NCBI GenBank assembly: GCA_035293905.1
Contig: DATGLY010000115.1
Coordinates: forward strand, 1,291 to 65,290
From: Bryobacteraceae bacterium
GTDB taxonomy: Bacteria > Acidobacteriota > Terriglobia > Bryobacterales > Bryobacteraceae
DNA: 64,000 nucleotides
Direction of reading: 5' to 3'
Position 1 is the stretch's first letter, and each line of letters begins with the position of its first letter. The notes beneath the pieces were generated by a model. That model worked only from the letters and a program-made list of their open reading frames with translations, did no database searches and had not been told where the DNA came from. The translations under genes and the position numbers were made by a program. Positions 37,983-48,476 of the stretch are shown in pieces.

Positions 37983-38627
37983 TCAGGACTGCTCCGTCCA
38001 TTCCTGCTCCAGCAGGCGGGCGTACTCGCCCGAGGCGAAGATTTCGAATTCGAATTGGAAATTCTCGATGGGAGGGAAGACGGCAAGATTTTGGCGAAAA
38101 GCGAATAGCTGATCGGCGTAGCGATGATAGTTTCGGATGAACTCTTCGGAAAGCGAGGAACGGTCGGGCGGGGCGGCGAAGATCGCGTTCAGGCCCAACG
38201 CCCGGATGAAGATGGAGCGATAGTCGGCGACTCCCCAGCGGCGCAGCTTTTTTTGCACGGGCTCCGGGGTATGATTTACCAACAAAGCGGCGAAACTCTG
38301 GTAGAGGATGCCTTTCTGGCGCAGATCCGGATCACGCGCGACGCATTCGAGGCACTGGCATATCCAGCGGAGCAGATCCTTGCCGAGGTAGAACAGCATC
38401 ACAATTTCGGAAAAGCGTCCCTCAAGCAGGGTTCGGTCCAGGTCTTCGGTGGTGCGGTCGCCGGAGGGCAACAGGCCCTGTAGCATCAAGCTGGCGCGCG
38501 AGCTTTCAATAAGTTTGTCCGGGCCTCCGACGGTGGCAAAAGGATGAAGAATCAAGGGAGGGAGCTTGCGGGCAAGAGAAGAACCGGCCGGTGGCGGCTG
38601 CTGCTGGAGGGATGGCATCTTAGCCAC
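37983..38627 (-). CDS. Hypothetical cytoplasmic protein
   Basis: 214-aa ORF starting 12 nt downstream of the M28 peptidase gene. Composition looks coding rather than GC-junk. No signal peptide or TM, and no family recognised. Confidence 0.5.
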   Translation of the reverse strand: MAKMPSLQQQPPPAGSSLARKLPPLILHPFATVGGPDKLIESSRASLMLQGLLPSGDRTTEDLDRTLLEGRFSEIVMLFYLGKDLLRWICQCLECVARDPDLRQKGILYQSFAALLVNHTPEPVQKKLRRWGVADYRSIFIRALGLNAIFAAPPDRSSLSEEFIRNYHRYADQLFAFRQNLAVFPPIENFQFEFEIFASGEYARLLEQEWTEQS

Positions 38628-38639
38628 AGTATGCTTGAC

Positions 38640-40481
38640 TTATCGGCGTTCCGTCAGCAGTACTTTAGCTTCAATTGTCTGCCCGCCGCGTAAGACCTTC
38701 ACCGCGACAAGATCCCCTGGTTTGTGGGCGCGCAAGGCGTAGGTGAAATCGTACAGATTGCCGATTTGCTTGCCGTCGAACTCGATCAAAATGTCGCCAG
38801 CCTTCAGCCCAGCCTTGGCCGCGGGCGTGCCATCGCGCACATCCGCAAAGCGGACGCCCCTGGGGGGCTCGTCAAAATCGGGGATGCTGCCGAAGTTCGG
38901 GCCATAGCCGGAACCGCCGGCGCTGGCGCCCGGGCTGGGCGTCTCGGATTGGGAGACGCGAATGAATTTCGGACGGCCGGGGTCGTCTTGGAGCTTCATC
39001 GCGACCTGCGCGATATAGCCGAGCAGTTTGACGGCGTCCGGGCCATCGATTTTATCGGCGGTGTCGCTGGGCTTGTGATAATCGGCGTGCAGGCCCGAAA
39101 AGAAAAACAAGACGGGCACCTGTTTGAGGGTGAACGACATGTGATCGCTGCCGCCGTATCCGAGCTTATCGGAGAAATCGAAGTGCAGGCCGTCGGGGGG
39201 CTTCAGTTCATCGATCATGCGCGCAAGCGTCGAACCGGTTCCCGTTCCGTTGACGTAAACCTTACCTTCGCGAATGCGCCCGATCATATCCATATTGATC
39301 ATGGCGACGGCGTCCTGAAGGGGCAGGATGGGGTGGTTTACGTAAAACTGGCTTCCCAGGAGTCCTTCTTCTTCTCCCGCGAACGTTAAAAACAATATTC
39401 CTCGTTTTTGTTTTGGCTGAGCGGAAAACCAGCGGGCCAGCTCAACGACTCCAGCCGTGCCGGACGCGTTATCGTCGGCGCCAGGATGGACGGCTCCAAT
39501 CTGCGAAGGCGCGAGAGAATGCTCGTCGCCCAGGCCGAGATGGTCATAGTGGGCGCCGATCACCACATACTCATTGGTATGGCCGGGCCAATAAGCCGCG
39601 ACATTGTGGACGGTTTTGGAATCGTGGCGAATATCGGAGTCCAATTCGACCCTAAGCATGGACAGGGCGAAGGATCGGGGCCGAAGATCCTTGTCGATGG
39701 CGGCTTGTATTGCGCGCAGATCGCGGCCTTCGGCTTTCAACCACGCGGCGGCGATTTGCTCCTTCACCTGGACGAACAGGACGCCTGAATCGGTGGGTCC
39801 GGTGGCGCGGCCAAATTGCAGGAGCTTATCGGACTCGGTGGGATGCGCGGCCATATCGTTCACCAGAATCACGCCGCGCGCACCGTGCAGCTTGGCGTTG
39901 GAAGCCTTCATCGACAGGACCGAATGACTGGTGAGCTTGGCGCCGTCGAAGACGCTATTTTCGTCAAACTCCTGAGGCTCATCGGTCAGAATCATGACGA
40001 ATTTGTCTTTGACGTCAAGGCCGGCGTAGTCGTCGTAATGGAGATCGCCGGCGGTGATGCCGTAACCGGCGAACACGACGCCGGCGGACCATTTTCCCGA
40101 AGAAGAAAAGCTGATGGGGATATAATCGCGGCCGGAGACCAGCTCGACTTTCTTGCCGCCGTCGTCGGCGAGGAAACGGTTGTCCGATCCCAGGCGGGCA
40201 TTGATGGTGACGGTGAACGGCTGCTCGTAGTCTTTGCCGGCGGCGGGCTTCAAGCCGAAGGATTTGAACTGGCTCGCAATGTAGGCCGCGGCCGTCTCCA
40301 ACTCCGGCGAGCCGGTATAGCGGCCCTTGAGCGCGGGCGAGGCCAGATAGCCGACGTCGGAGAGATAGTTTTGAGCGTCGATGAGGGGCGGCGGCGCCGC
40401 GAAAGCAGCCGCGGCAAGCGCCGCGAAGGCCGCGAAGGTTATTTCTTTTTTCCGATTTGAGGAATCTCGACTGTGCAGCAT
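38640..40481 (-). CDS. Secreted M28 family aminopeptidase with PA domain and C-terminal PDZ domain
   Basis: 613 aa from ATG 40481 with signal peptide KKEITFAAFAALAAAAFAAPPP. M28 motifs HYDHLG, GADDNASGTAGVVELAR, FAGEEEGLLGS, NMDMIG, SDHMSF. PDZ tail: GTPAAKAGLKAGDILIEFDGKQI...GDLVAVKVLRGGQ. Confidence 0.85.
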   Translation of the reverse strand: MLHSRDSSNRKKEITFAAFAALAAAAFAAPPPLIDAQNYLSDVGYLASPALKGRYTGSPELETAAAYIASQFKSFGLKPAAGKDYEQPFTVTINARLGSDNRFLADDGGKKVELVSGRDYIPISFSSSGKWSAGVVFAGYGITAGDLHYDDYAGLDVKDKFVMILTDEPQEFDENSVFDGAKLTSHSVLSMKASNAKLHGARGVILVNDMAAHPTESDKLLQFGRATGPTDSGVLFVQVKEQIAAAWLKAEGRDLRAIQAAIDKDLRPRSFALSMLRVELDSDIRHDSKTVHNVAAYWPGHTNEYVVIGAHYDHLGLGDEHSLAPSQIGAVHPGADDNASGTAGVVELARWFSAQPKQKRGILFLTFAGEEEGLLGSQFYVNHPILPLQDAVAMINMDMIGRIREGKVYVNGTGTGSTLARMIDELKPPDGLHFDFSDKLGYGGSDHMSFTLKQVPVLFFFSGLHADYHKPSDTADKIDGPDAVKLLGYIAQVAMKLQDDPGRPKFIRVSQSETPSPGASAGGSGYGPNFGSIPDFDEPPRGVRFADVRDGTPAAKAGLKAGDILIEFDGKQIGNLYDFTYALRAHKPGDLVAVKVLRGGQTIEAKVLLTERR

Positions 40482-41389
40482 TTCTCCGCCTCCTCGGCCA
40501 GCTTCGCCTGATGATCCATCTCCAGCGTGATCAACTGTTGCAGAGTCGGCCACTGCGCCATCTGATCCACGAGTTTACGGCCGTTCAGAAACAGGGTCGG
40601 GGTGGCGTCCACGCCCAGTTCGCGGCCCATCGCCACGGTGCGATTCACTTCGGCTTCCGTCGCTTTGCTATCCACGCAACGGCCGAGCTGCACGGCGTCC
40701 ACATTATTCTTTCCCGCCCACTCCATCAATTTCGAATTAAAGCTATCGGCCGTCACATCCTGCTGAACGTCGTAGATCCAGTCATGGTATTTCCAGAAGC
40801 TGTCGGAGCTTTGCCGGAGGATGCAGCGGCCGGCGATCGAGGCGGGACGCGCCCAAGGATGGATGGAATCGAGGGGAAAATCCATGAAGTAGACTTGGAC
40901 CTTGCCGGGAAAACTCGCGGGAATTTGCTGGCGCAGGGTGGCTGCCTCGGCCTTGCAGTAGGGGCATTGAAAATCGCCGAACACGAGCAGCTTCACCTTG
41001 CTCTCAGCCGAGCCGTTGTAGCTCGGCTGCCGATCCGTCTTCAGCGAATCGAGCGCATTTTGGAAAGGGCTCTTGGAAAGGTCGAAGACATCGCCCTTGA
41101 ATACTTTTTGGCCGTCTCCGGAGACATAGTAGGTCTGATCCATGGCGGCCGACTTATAGGACAGATGGACTTTGACTTCGTTGAATCCAGGCATGCCGCC
41201 GAACGGCTGGGGATCGTCGATCTTGACGTTGACGTCGGGCACCCACAGCTCGAGGTAGCGCAGATAAGCTTCCAGTTTGATTTTGTCGAGCGCGGGCGCG
41301 GCCGTTTTGGGAGCGGCGGGTTGGGCTTGCGAGAAGGCCGATAAAGCCAAGAGGCCGAGACAAAACAGAGAGCAGGCAAAGAGTTTCAT
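40439..41389 (-). CDS. Secreted DsbA-family thioredoxin-fold thiol:disulfide oxidoreductase
   Basis: 316 aa with signal peptide MKLFACSLFCLGLLALSAFSQA and the active-site motif FGDFQCPYCK (CxxC). Confidence 0.8.
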   Translation of the reverse strand: MKLFACSLFCLGLLALSAFSQAQPAAPKTAAPALDKIKLEAYLRYLELWVPDVNVKIDDPQPFGGMPGFNEVKVHLSYKSAAMDQTYYVSGDGQKVFKGDVFDLSKSPFQNALDSLKTDRQPSYNGSAESKVKLLVFGDFQCPYCKAEAATLRQQIPASFPGKVQVYFMDFPLDSIHPWARPASIAGRCILRQSSDSFWKYHDWIYDVQQDVTADSFNSKLMEWAGKNNVDAVQLGRCVDSKATEAEVNRTVAMGRELGVDATPTLFLNGRKLVDQMAQWPTLQQLITLEMDHQAKLAEEAEKCCTVEIPQIGKKK

Positions 41390-41505
41390 GGGAGAGGCGC
41401 CTTTCCTTGCCGCCCATTCCTCAACAAAAGGGGCGACGTCCGCACAGTGGCTGGCATGAGTCTAAACCCGATTCTAACAGCAATAACCGTATCCTACACT
41501 GAAAT

Positions 41506-43035
41506 TTGCCTTTTGAGGAGCAAGCCGCGAAGCAGCAGGCCGCGCAGCCGGCCGGGCATGCGCTCCCTGCACCCACGTCCGCTTCCGGCCCGAGCTTGGT
41601 GCGGCGTAAAAGCCGCGCTTGGGCCTCCATGGCCGGCATCGGATTGGCTGGAGCTTTTACGATGCTTTATCTTTCGGGCCTGGGAAGCGCCGGTTTTCTG
41701 GGCCCCGACGAGCCGCGCTACGCCTCTATCGGCCGCGAGATGACTCAGTCGGGCGATTGGGTCACGCCGCGGCTGAATGGCTCGCCGTGGTTTGAGAAAC
41801 CGCCGCTGCTGTATTGGACGACGGCGGCAGCCAATCGCCTGGGTTTACGCGACGAATGGGCGGCCCGGCTGCCGGTAGCGCTGATCAGCCTGGCGTTTCT
41901 AAGCTTCTTCTATTGGATGCTGCGGCGGGAATTCTCGGCCTCGGTGGGTTTGTCGGCAGCGGCGATCCTGGCGGGCTCAGCAGGATGGCTCGCCGCCAGC
42001 TTCGCCGCCATTCCCGATCTGCCGATGTCGGCGGCGCTGGCGGGCGCGATGTTGATTGCATTATTCGATTCACGCCGGCCGATGAGCTGGCTCGGGGGAG
42101 CCTTGCTAGGGGCAGCGGTGCTGGCCAAGGGCTTCGTTCCGGCGGCGTTGTTCACTCCTGTTTGGTTTGTCGCGCGGGGCAAGCGGACGGTTCTCATCGC
42201 CGGGGCGTTTTTCGTCGCCGCCCCCTGGTACCTGCTGTGTTTCTGGCGGAACGGCTCGGCGTTCTGGAACGATTTCTTTTGGAGACAGCACGTGAGCCGG
42301 CTGCTTTCGGCCGAAGCGCTCCAGCACGGCCAGCCGTTCTGGTATTACATTCCGATTTTGCTGGCGGGGCTGTTTCCCTGGACGCCTCTGGCGGCGCTGC
42401 TGGCGCGCGGAAAAATCTACCAAGATCCCCGGCTGCGGTTTCTGGCGCTTTGGATGGCGGCGGCCCTGGCGTTCTTTTCGCTGGTCCCGAACAAGCTTCC
42501 CTTTTATGTTTTGCCTTTGCTGCCGGTTCTGGCGATCGTGCTGGGAGCGGCGCTGGAGGGCACGCGCGCCCTCGAATGGCCGCTGGCGGCGAGCGTTCTA
42601 ACGATGACCTTGCTGCCCTCGATCGCCCACTGGCTTCCCGAGGCGTTCCTAGCGGGGGCGACAAGGGCGCACTGGGCCTTTTATGGGCGCGGTCTGATCG
42701 CGGCCATATTCTCGGGCGTGGTTTGGGGGTTGGCGCGGCGCGGGCAGAGGCGGCGGGCAATTTTTGCGAGCGCGATGCTGGCGGCGCTAGGAGGCGGCTA
42801 TCTTAAGCTCACCGCGCCTCCCCTTCTGGACCAGCGCGATTCGGTCCGGGAGTTTTGGACGATGCACGGGGCAAAGGCGGGCGAGACTTGCATGGATTCG
42901 GCCAGCGTTTCGCGCGCGGCGCAATACGGGCTCAACTACTACGCCGGACGCGAAGTGCCGGATTGCTCCGCCGCGCCGGCGGCGGAGCTGCGGATTCGCG
43001 GAGGGAGCGAAGGGCTGTTGCTGGAGAGGCGTTGA
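41506..43035 (+). CDS. ArnT-like GT-C glycosyltransferase (GT83/GT39 family)
   Basis: Motif GPDEPRYASIGREMTQSGDWVTPRLNGSPWFEKPPLLYW is typical of the ArnT/PMT family, and the protein is polytopic. The start is uncertain: TTG 41506, GTG 41599 or ATG 41629. Confidence 0.8.
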   Translation: MPFEEQAAKQQAAQPAGHALPAPTSASGPSLVRRKSRAWASMAGIGLAGAFTMLYLSGLGSAGFLGPDEPRYASIGREMTQSGDWVTPRLNGSPWFEKPPLLYWTTAAANRLGLRDEWAARLPVALISLAFLSFFYWMLRREFSASVGLSAAAILAGSAGWLAASFAAIPDLPMSAALAGAMLIALFDSRRPMSWLGGALLGAAVLAKGFVPAALFTPVWFVARGKRTVLIAGAFFVAAPWYLLCFWRNGSAFWNDFFWRQHVSRLLSAEALQHGQPFWYYIPILLAGLFPWTPLAALLARGKIYQDPRLRFLALWMAAALAFFSLVPNKLPFYVLPLLPVLAIVLGAALEGTRALEWPLAASVLTMTLLPSIAHWLPEAFLAGATRAHWAFYGRGLIAAIFSGVVWGLARRGQRRRAIFASAMLAALGGGYLKLTAPPLLDQRDSVREFWTMHGAKAGETCMDSASVSRAAQYGLNYYAGREVPDCSAAPAAELRIRGGSEGLLLERR

Positions 43036-43177
43036 GGGCCGGAGCGCTCACCAATATCGCGGAGGCTCTGGAAGGGCGGCTCCGCAGCCGCAGCGGGCGC
43101 CGGAGGCCTCCCGATCCACCAAACGTGGAGCGATTTCCATTGGCTGGATTTTGGAAGTGTATTTTTCCAACGAAAGG

Positions 43178-43947
43178 CTAAAACGAGTGAATCGAGCGGA
43201 TAAACAGCCAAGCCGTGACCGCCCAGGCGTAGACGAGGATGGTCTTGCGGGCTTTTTCCGCCTCGAGGCGCTTCACCAGCCGCGCGCCCCAGTAGCCGCC
43301 GGCGATGCACGCCAGCATCATGGGCAGGCCCATCCGCCACACGATAATGCCGCGCAGGGCGAACAGAACAATCGCCACCGTGTTGGTGAGCGTGCCGCAC
43401 AGGATGCGCAGGCCGCTGGCTTCGTGCACGTCCATATTGGCGGCGACGGTGTATAAAACCAGCGTCAGCACTCCCATGCCCGCGCCGAAATAGCCGCCAT
43501 AGACGGCGACGATAAACTGCCCGGCGAGCAGCGGCGCCAGGTGCGTCGCTTTGGCGGCGTGCCGGCTGGCGGCGCGGCGCAGCCATCCACTGAAGGTGAA
43601 AATCAACGTCGCGGCCAGCATCAAGAGGGGGACGAGACGCTGGAAGCTCTGTTCGGAAGTGTGAAGGAGCAACTGGCTTCCGAAGAGGGCGCCGATCATG
43701 GCCACGGCGGCCATGGCGATCTGAAATCCCCAGCCGTGAATGAGGCGGTCGCGATAGACCCAGGTGGAGGCATATCCGGCGGGGTTGAGCACGAACGTGG
43801 AGGTGGCGTTGGAGATCACGGGCGGAACGCCCGCGAACAGAAGAGCGGGGAAAGTGAGAAACGTGCCGCCGCCGGCGAGGGCGTTGGCCGCGCCTCCAAG
43901 CGCCGCGGCGGCCAGCAGAACCAACCAGGAAAGCAGCGAAGGCTGGC

Positions 43948-43951
<4 letters not shown>
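43178..43951 (-). CDS. TauE/SafE family anion (sulfite-type) exporter
   Basis: 257 aa from ATG 43951, with an ATGA overlap on the mtnA stop. Polytopic with Gly-rich TM helices typical of TauE/SafE. Confidence 0.75.
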
Positions 43952-44950
<999 letters not shown>

Positions 44951-44958
<8 letters not shown>

Positions 44959-45640
44959 GATTTGCGCGGTAAAGCGCGAGCTCCTTTTCGACGGCGCGGG
45001 CGGCGCGGCGGGGTTCGAGGGCGCGCCGGATAGCCGCGATGGCGATCATGGCCACCACCGATCCCAAGCCGGCCATGAGCATGTCCTCTTGCGAATCCCA
45101 CATGTCGCCCTGCATGCCGACGAACTCTTCGCCGCGCTCGGGAGTGAGAACCATCGCCATGAGGGCTTCCAGGATCTCGTAAATGGCGCTGAAGGAGAGG
45201 GTGGCCTCCACCGGCAGGACGTAGCGCCAGCGGTTGGCGACGCCGACCGAGCGCATCAAAACCTCCTGCATGGGATAGCTGAGCAGCAAGCCGAAGCTGA
45301 AGTGAGCGACGCGGTCATACATGTTGCGCTTGGTGTGCAGCCAGGGCTTCATCCATTCCCCGAGCGGCACGTCGGAATACTTGTAGTGCGCGCCCCATTC
45401 GTGAATGCTGAGATAGACGAGAATCAAGAGGTAAGAGAGGCCGGAAAAGGGCATTTTGCGGTAGGTCACCATTAGAGCCAGCAGAAAAAACAAGACGCAG
45501 CCGTTTTCCAGAAGAAAATCGAAGACGGTGTCGGGACGCCAGGCCGCCAGCGCGATGATGGCGGCCATCGCCCAGCAGATCGCATGCAGGAAGCGGTACT
45601 CGCGGAAAGCCGGGTAACCGGCGGTGGAAGCGGTCGTCAA
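44951..45640 (-). CDS. DUF2238 (YjdF-like) inner-membrane protein
   Basis: 229 aa, polytopic. Motifs [22 protein letters not shown] and [16 protein letters not shown] are typical of DUF2238. Its end overlaps the mtnA start by 8 nt. Confidence 0.7.
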
Positions 45641-45711
45641 ACCATCTATTAAATCCGATGGCGGCCGGGCGCGGCAAGCGGAGCGCGTTAGGATAGAAGG
45701 AACTTCTCGCC

Positions 45712-47112
45712 ATGGCTCTGCGCTTCTACAATACCCTTACGCAACAAGTGGAGCTTTTTGAGCCGCTTCACAGCAACCAAGTGCGAATGTACACGTGCGG
45801 GCCGACCGTGTACAACTACGTTCACATCGGCAACCTGAGGGCGTTCACTTTTCAGGACATTTTGCGGCGGGTGCTGCGGGCGCGCGGCTATGCGCTCCAC
45901 CACGTGATGAACATCACCGATATCGAGGACAAGATTATTCGGGACGCCGCGGCGGCGCATAAATCCATCGGGGATTTCACGGCCGTCTATACGCAAGCGT
46001 TCCTTGAAGACACCGCCGCGCTGCGGCTGGAAAGGCCGGAGCGCCTGGTGAAAGCCACCGATCACATCGCCGATATGGCGGCGGCCATCCGCCAACTTCA
46101 GGAGCGCGACTGCACCTATACGAGCGAAGGATCGATTTACTTTCGCATCGCGAGCTTTCCCGGCTACGGCAAGCTTTCCCACAACGACTTCACCGGCATC
46201 CGGCCCGGCGCGCGCGTGGATGTGGACGAATACGACAAAGCCGACGCGCGCGATTTTGTGCTGTGGAAGGCGAGAAAAGACGGCGAGCCCTGGTGGGATG
46301 AAGGGCTCGGGCCGGGGCGGCCCGGCTGGCACATCGAGTGTTCGGTAATGGCGATGAAATATCTGGGCGAAACGCTGGATATTCACACAGGCGGCGTAGA
46401 CCTGACGTTCCCGCACCACGAAAACGAGATCGCGCAATCGGAAGCGCTCACTGGCAAGCAATTCGTCCGCTATTGGCTGCACTCGGAACACCTGAGCGTG
46501 GATGGACAAAAGATGTCCAAGTCGCTGGGGAACTTCTACACGCTGCGGGATCTGACGGGGAGGGGTTACGCGCCGGAAGCGGTGCGCTATTTGCTGGCTT
46601 CAGCGCCGTACCGTAAGAAGCTGAATTTCACTTTCGACGGTCTGAAAGCGGCGGCCACGGCCATCGACCGGCTGCGCAATTTCAAGCTGCGGCTGGAGAC
46701 GGAAAAGTTCCCCGAGGGCGTGAATTCCTCGCTGGCGGACCGCGCTTCCGCCGCGGCGAAATCTTTCGACGAAGCCCTGGACGACGATCTCAACACCGCG
46801 GAAGCCTTGGCCGCGGCGTTCGAGTATATTCGCGACGCCAACACCGCCATGGACTCGGGCGAGTTCCGGCAAGGCAATATCGGCGGCGCGCTTTCATTTT
46901 TGGCGCGTTTCGATTGCATCTTCGACGTGCTGAATCCGTCACCGCGCGGCGGAGCATTGTCGGACGCCGACATCGAAGCATTGATCGCCGAGCGCGCTTC
47001 GGCGAAACGCGCGCGGGATTTCCGGCGCGCCGACGAAATCCGCGCGCAGCTTGCCGCACAGGGCGTGGCGCTGGAAGACACCAAGGAAGGAGTACGCTGG
47101 AAGCGGCAATGA
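45712..47112 (+). CDS. cysS: Cysteine--tRNA ligase
   Basis: 466 aa. Motifs: MYTCGPTVYNYVHIGNLR (HIGN), GWHIECS, KMSKSLGN. Confidence 0.95.
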   Translation: MALRFYNTLTQQVELFEPLHSNQVRMYTCGPTVYNYVHIGNLRAFTFQDILRRVLRARGYALHHVMNITDIEDKIIRDAAAAHKSIGDFTAVYTQAFLEDTAALRLERPERLVKATDHIADMAAAIRQLQERDCTYTSEGSIYFRIASFPGYGKLSHNDFTGIRPGARVDVDEYDKADARDFVLWKARKDGEPWWDEGLGPGRPGWHIECSVMAMKYLGETLDIHTGGVDLTFPHHENEIAQSEALTGKQFVRYWLHSEHLSVDGQKMSKSLGNFYTLRDLTGRGYAPEAVRYLLASAPYRKKLNFTFDGLKAAATAIDRLRNFKLRLETEKFPEGVNSSLADRASAAAKSFDEALDDDLNTAEALAAAFEYIRDANTAMDSGEFRQGNIGGALSFLARFDCIFDVLNPSPRGGALSDADIEALIAERASAKRARDFRRADEIRAQLAAQGVALEDTKEGVRWKRQ

Positions 47113-48293
47113 AACTCGAGACGAAAGCCGTTCATTGGGGAGACCGGCGGCGCAAGGCGGCGGCATTCACGCCGACATCCACGCCCATCTACGCCTCGTC
47201 TTCGTATCTGTACAATTCGATGGAGCAGCTCGACCGGGTTCTGGGCCGCGAGGAAGAGGGAGCGTCCTATGCGCGCTACGACAATCCCACGCGAGCGGCG
47301 CTGGAGGAGCTGGTGCGCGAGCTGGAAGGCGGAGCGGGCGCCGTGGCCTGTTCGTCGGGAATGGCCGCGTTGCATCTGGCGGTACTGGCCTCCCTCGTCG
47401 ATCGCCCGAGGCGGGTTCTCGCCGCCGCGGCGCTCTACGGCTCCACGACGAACATGCTTATGACGGTGTTCGGCGCGATCGGGGTGGAGGCCACTTTTGT
47501 GGACATCTGCGATTTCGCGGCTGTGGAGGAGGCGATCGCCAAGGTCAAGCCCGGCGCCATCGTGATGGAGACGATTTCCAATCCGCTGCTGCGAGTCGGC
47601 GAGCTGGACAAGATCGCGCAAGCGGCGCGTGCGGCGGGCGCGGTGCTGATCGTCGATAATACGTTCGCCACGCCGCTGCTGGTGCGGCCTCTCACGTTGG
47701 GCGCGGGCGTCACGGTCCATAGCGCCACCAAGTATCTGGCGGGCCACGGCGACGTGCTGGGAGGAGTAGTGGTGGCCGACAAAGAGAACTTCGAGCCCAT
47801 AACGGCTTTGGCGCGGACGCTGGGTCCGGTGATGAGTCCATTCGAAAGCTATTTGACGATGCGCGGCATCAAGACACTTCCGCTGCGCTTCGAGCGCCAA
47901 TGCGGGAATGCGTGCAAAGTGGCTTCCTGGCTCGCATCCCATTCAGCCGTCGAGCGTGTCTATTTCACGGGCGATCCGGCGCATCCGGACGCCGCCGCGA
48001 TCCAGCGGCTGTTTCCGAGGAATCTCTACGGCGCGATGGTTTCTTTCGAAATCAAAGGCGCGAGGCGCCAAGAGGTTTTCCGCTTCATGGATCGGCTGAA
48101 GATGATCGTCTGCGGCACTTCTCTGGGCGACGTTCACACAATGACTTTGTATCCCGCCATCGCGTCGCACCGCGAGCTTTCTCCTAAGCGCCGGCAGCAG
48201 CTCGGAATCAATGACAACCTGATTCGGCTGTCTATTGGCATCGAGGCCGCGGAGGATATCGTCGCGGATTTAGAGCAGGCTTTCGAGAACTGA
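47109..48293 (+). CDS. Cys/Met-metabolism PLP-dependent enzyme (cystathionine gamma-synthase / methionine gamma-lyase family)
   Basis: 394 aa from ATG 47109, with an ATGA overlap on the cysS stop. Motifs: STPIYASSSY, ETISNPLL, and the PLP-lysine motif HSATKYLAGHGDVLGG. Confidence 0.9.
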   Translation: MKLETKAVHWGDRRRKAAAFTPTSTPIYASSSYLYNSMEQLDRVLGREEEGASYARYDNPTRAALEELVRELEGGAGAVACSSGMAALHLAVLASLVDRPRRVLAAAALYGSTTNMLMTVFGAIGVEATFVDICDFAAVEEAIAKVKPGAIVMETISNPLLRVGELDKIAQAARAAGAVLIVDNTFATPLLVRPLTLGAGVTVHSATKYLAGHGDVLGGVVVADKENFEPITALARTLGPVMSPFESYLTMRGIKTLPLRFERQCGNACKVASWLASHSAVERVYFTGDPAHPDAAAIQRLFPRNLYGAMVSFEIKGARRQEVFRFMDRLKMIVCGTSLGDVHTMTLYPAIASHRELSPKRRQQLGINDNLIRLSIGIEAAEDIVADLEQAFEN

Positions 48294-48476
48294 GCGCGCC
48301 GCAAGACCTAGGTTATCGTCGAACCCATGTCGTTCCGCGCGTCCGGGCGACATCGGCAGTACGGGGTCCAAACGATCCAGTGCTTGGATCGCACTCTTCC
48401 CATCCACGCAGAATACACACTCGATGATCGCGTCGCACATCGATGTGACGACGCAAACATCAAATGGTAACGACAT
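48294..48476 (-). pseudogene. Relic fragment of an IS630-family DDE transposase
   Basis: The minus-strand translation CVFCVDGKSAIQALDRLDPVLPMSPGRAERHGFD resembles the recalled IS630-family block around the first catalytic Asp (CVDEKSQIQALDR..P.LP..PG..E...DY.RHG). Only about 60 codons remain, D-E is replaced by D-G, GC is locally lower, and it sits in a convergent gap. Confidence 0.4.

Noticed and set aside
38640-40553. The full 637-aa ORF-track version of the M28 peptidase, and similar maximal starts at 5070, 17113, 34008, 37018, 37071, 44011 and 52110.
   Set aside because: The upstream extensions lack signal-peptide logic, overlap neighbouring genes or use weak TTG/GTG codons. Internal ATG starts give canonical N-termini (signal peptides, Walker/Rossmann spacing). 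The starts remain unverified predictions.
46914-47108. The ORF-track N-terminal extension of the PLP enzyme (459-aa version starting at 46914).
   Set aside because: The extension overlaps 200 nt of cysS in another frame and is Arg-rich junk. The conserved protein begins at MKLETKAVHWGD (ATG 47109, ATGA overlap).
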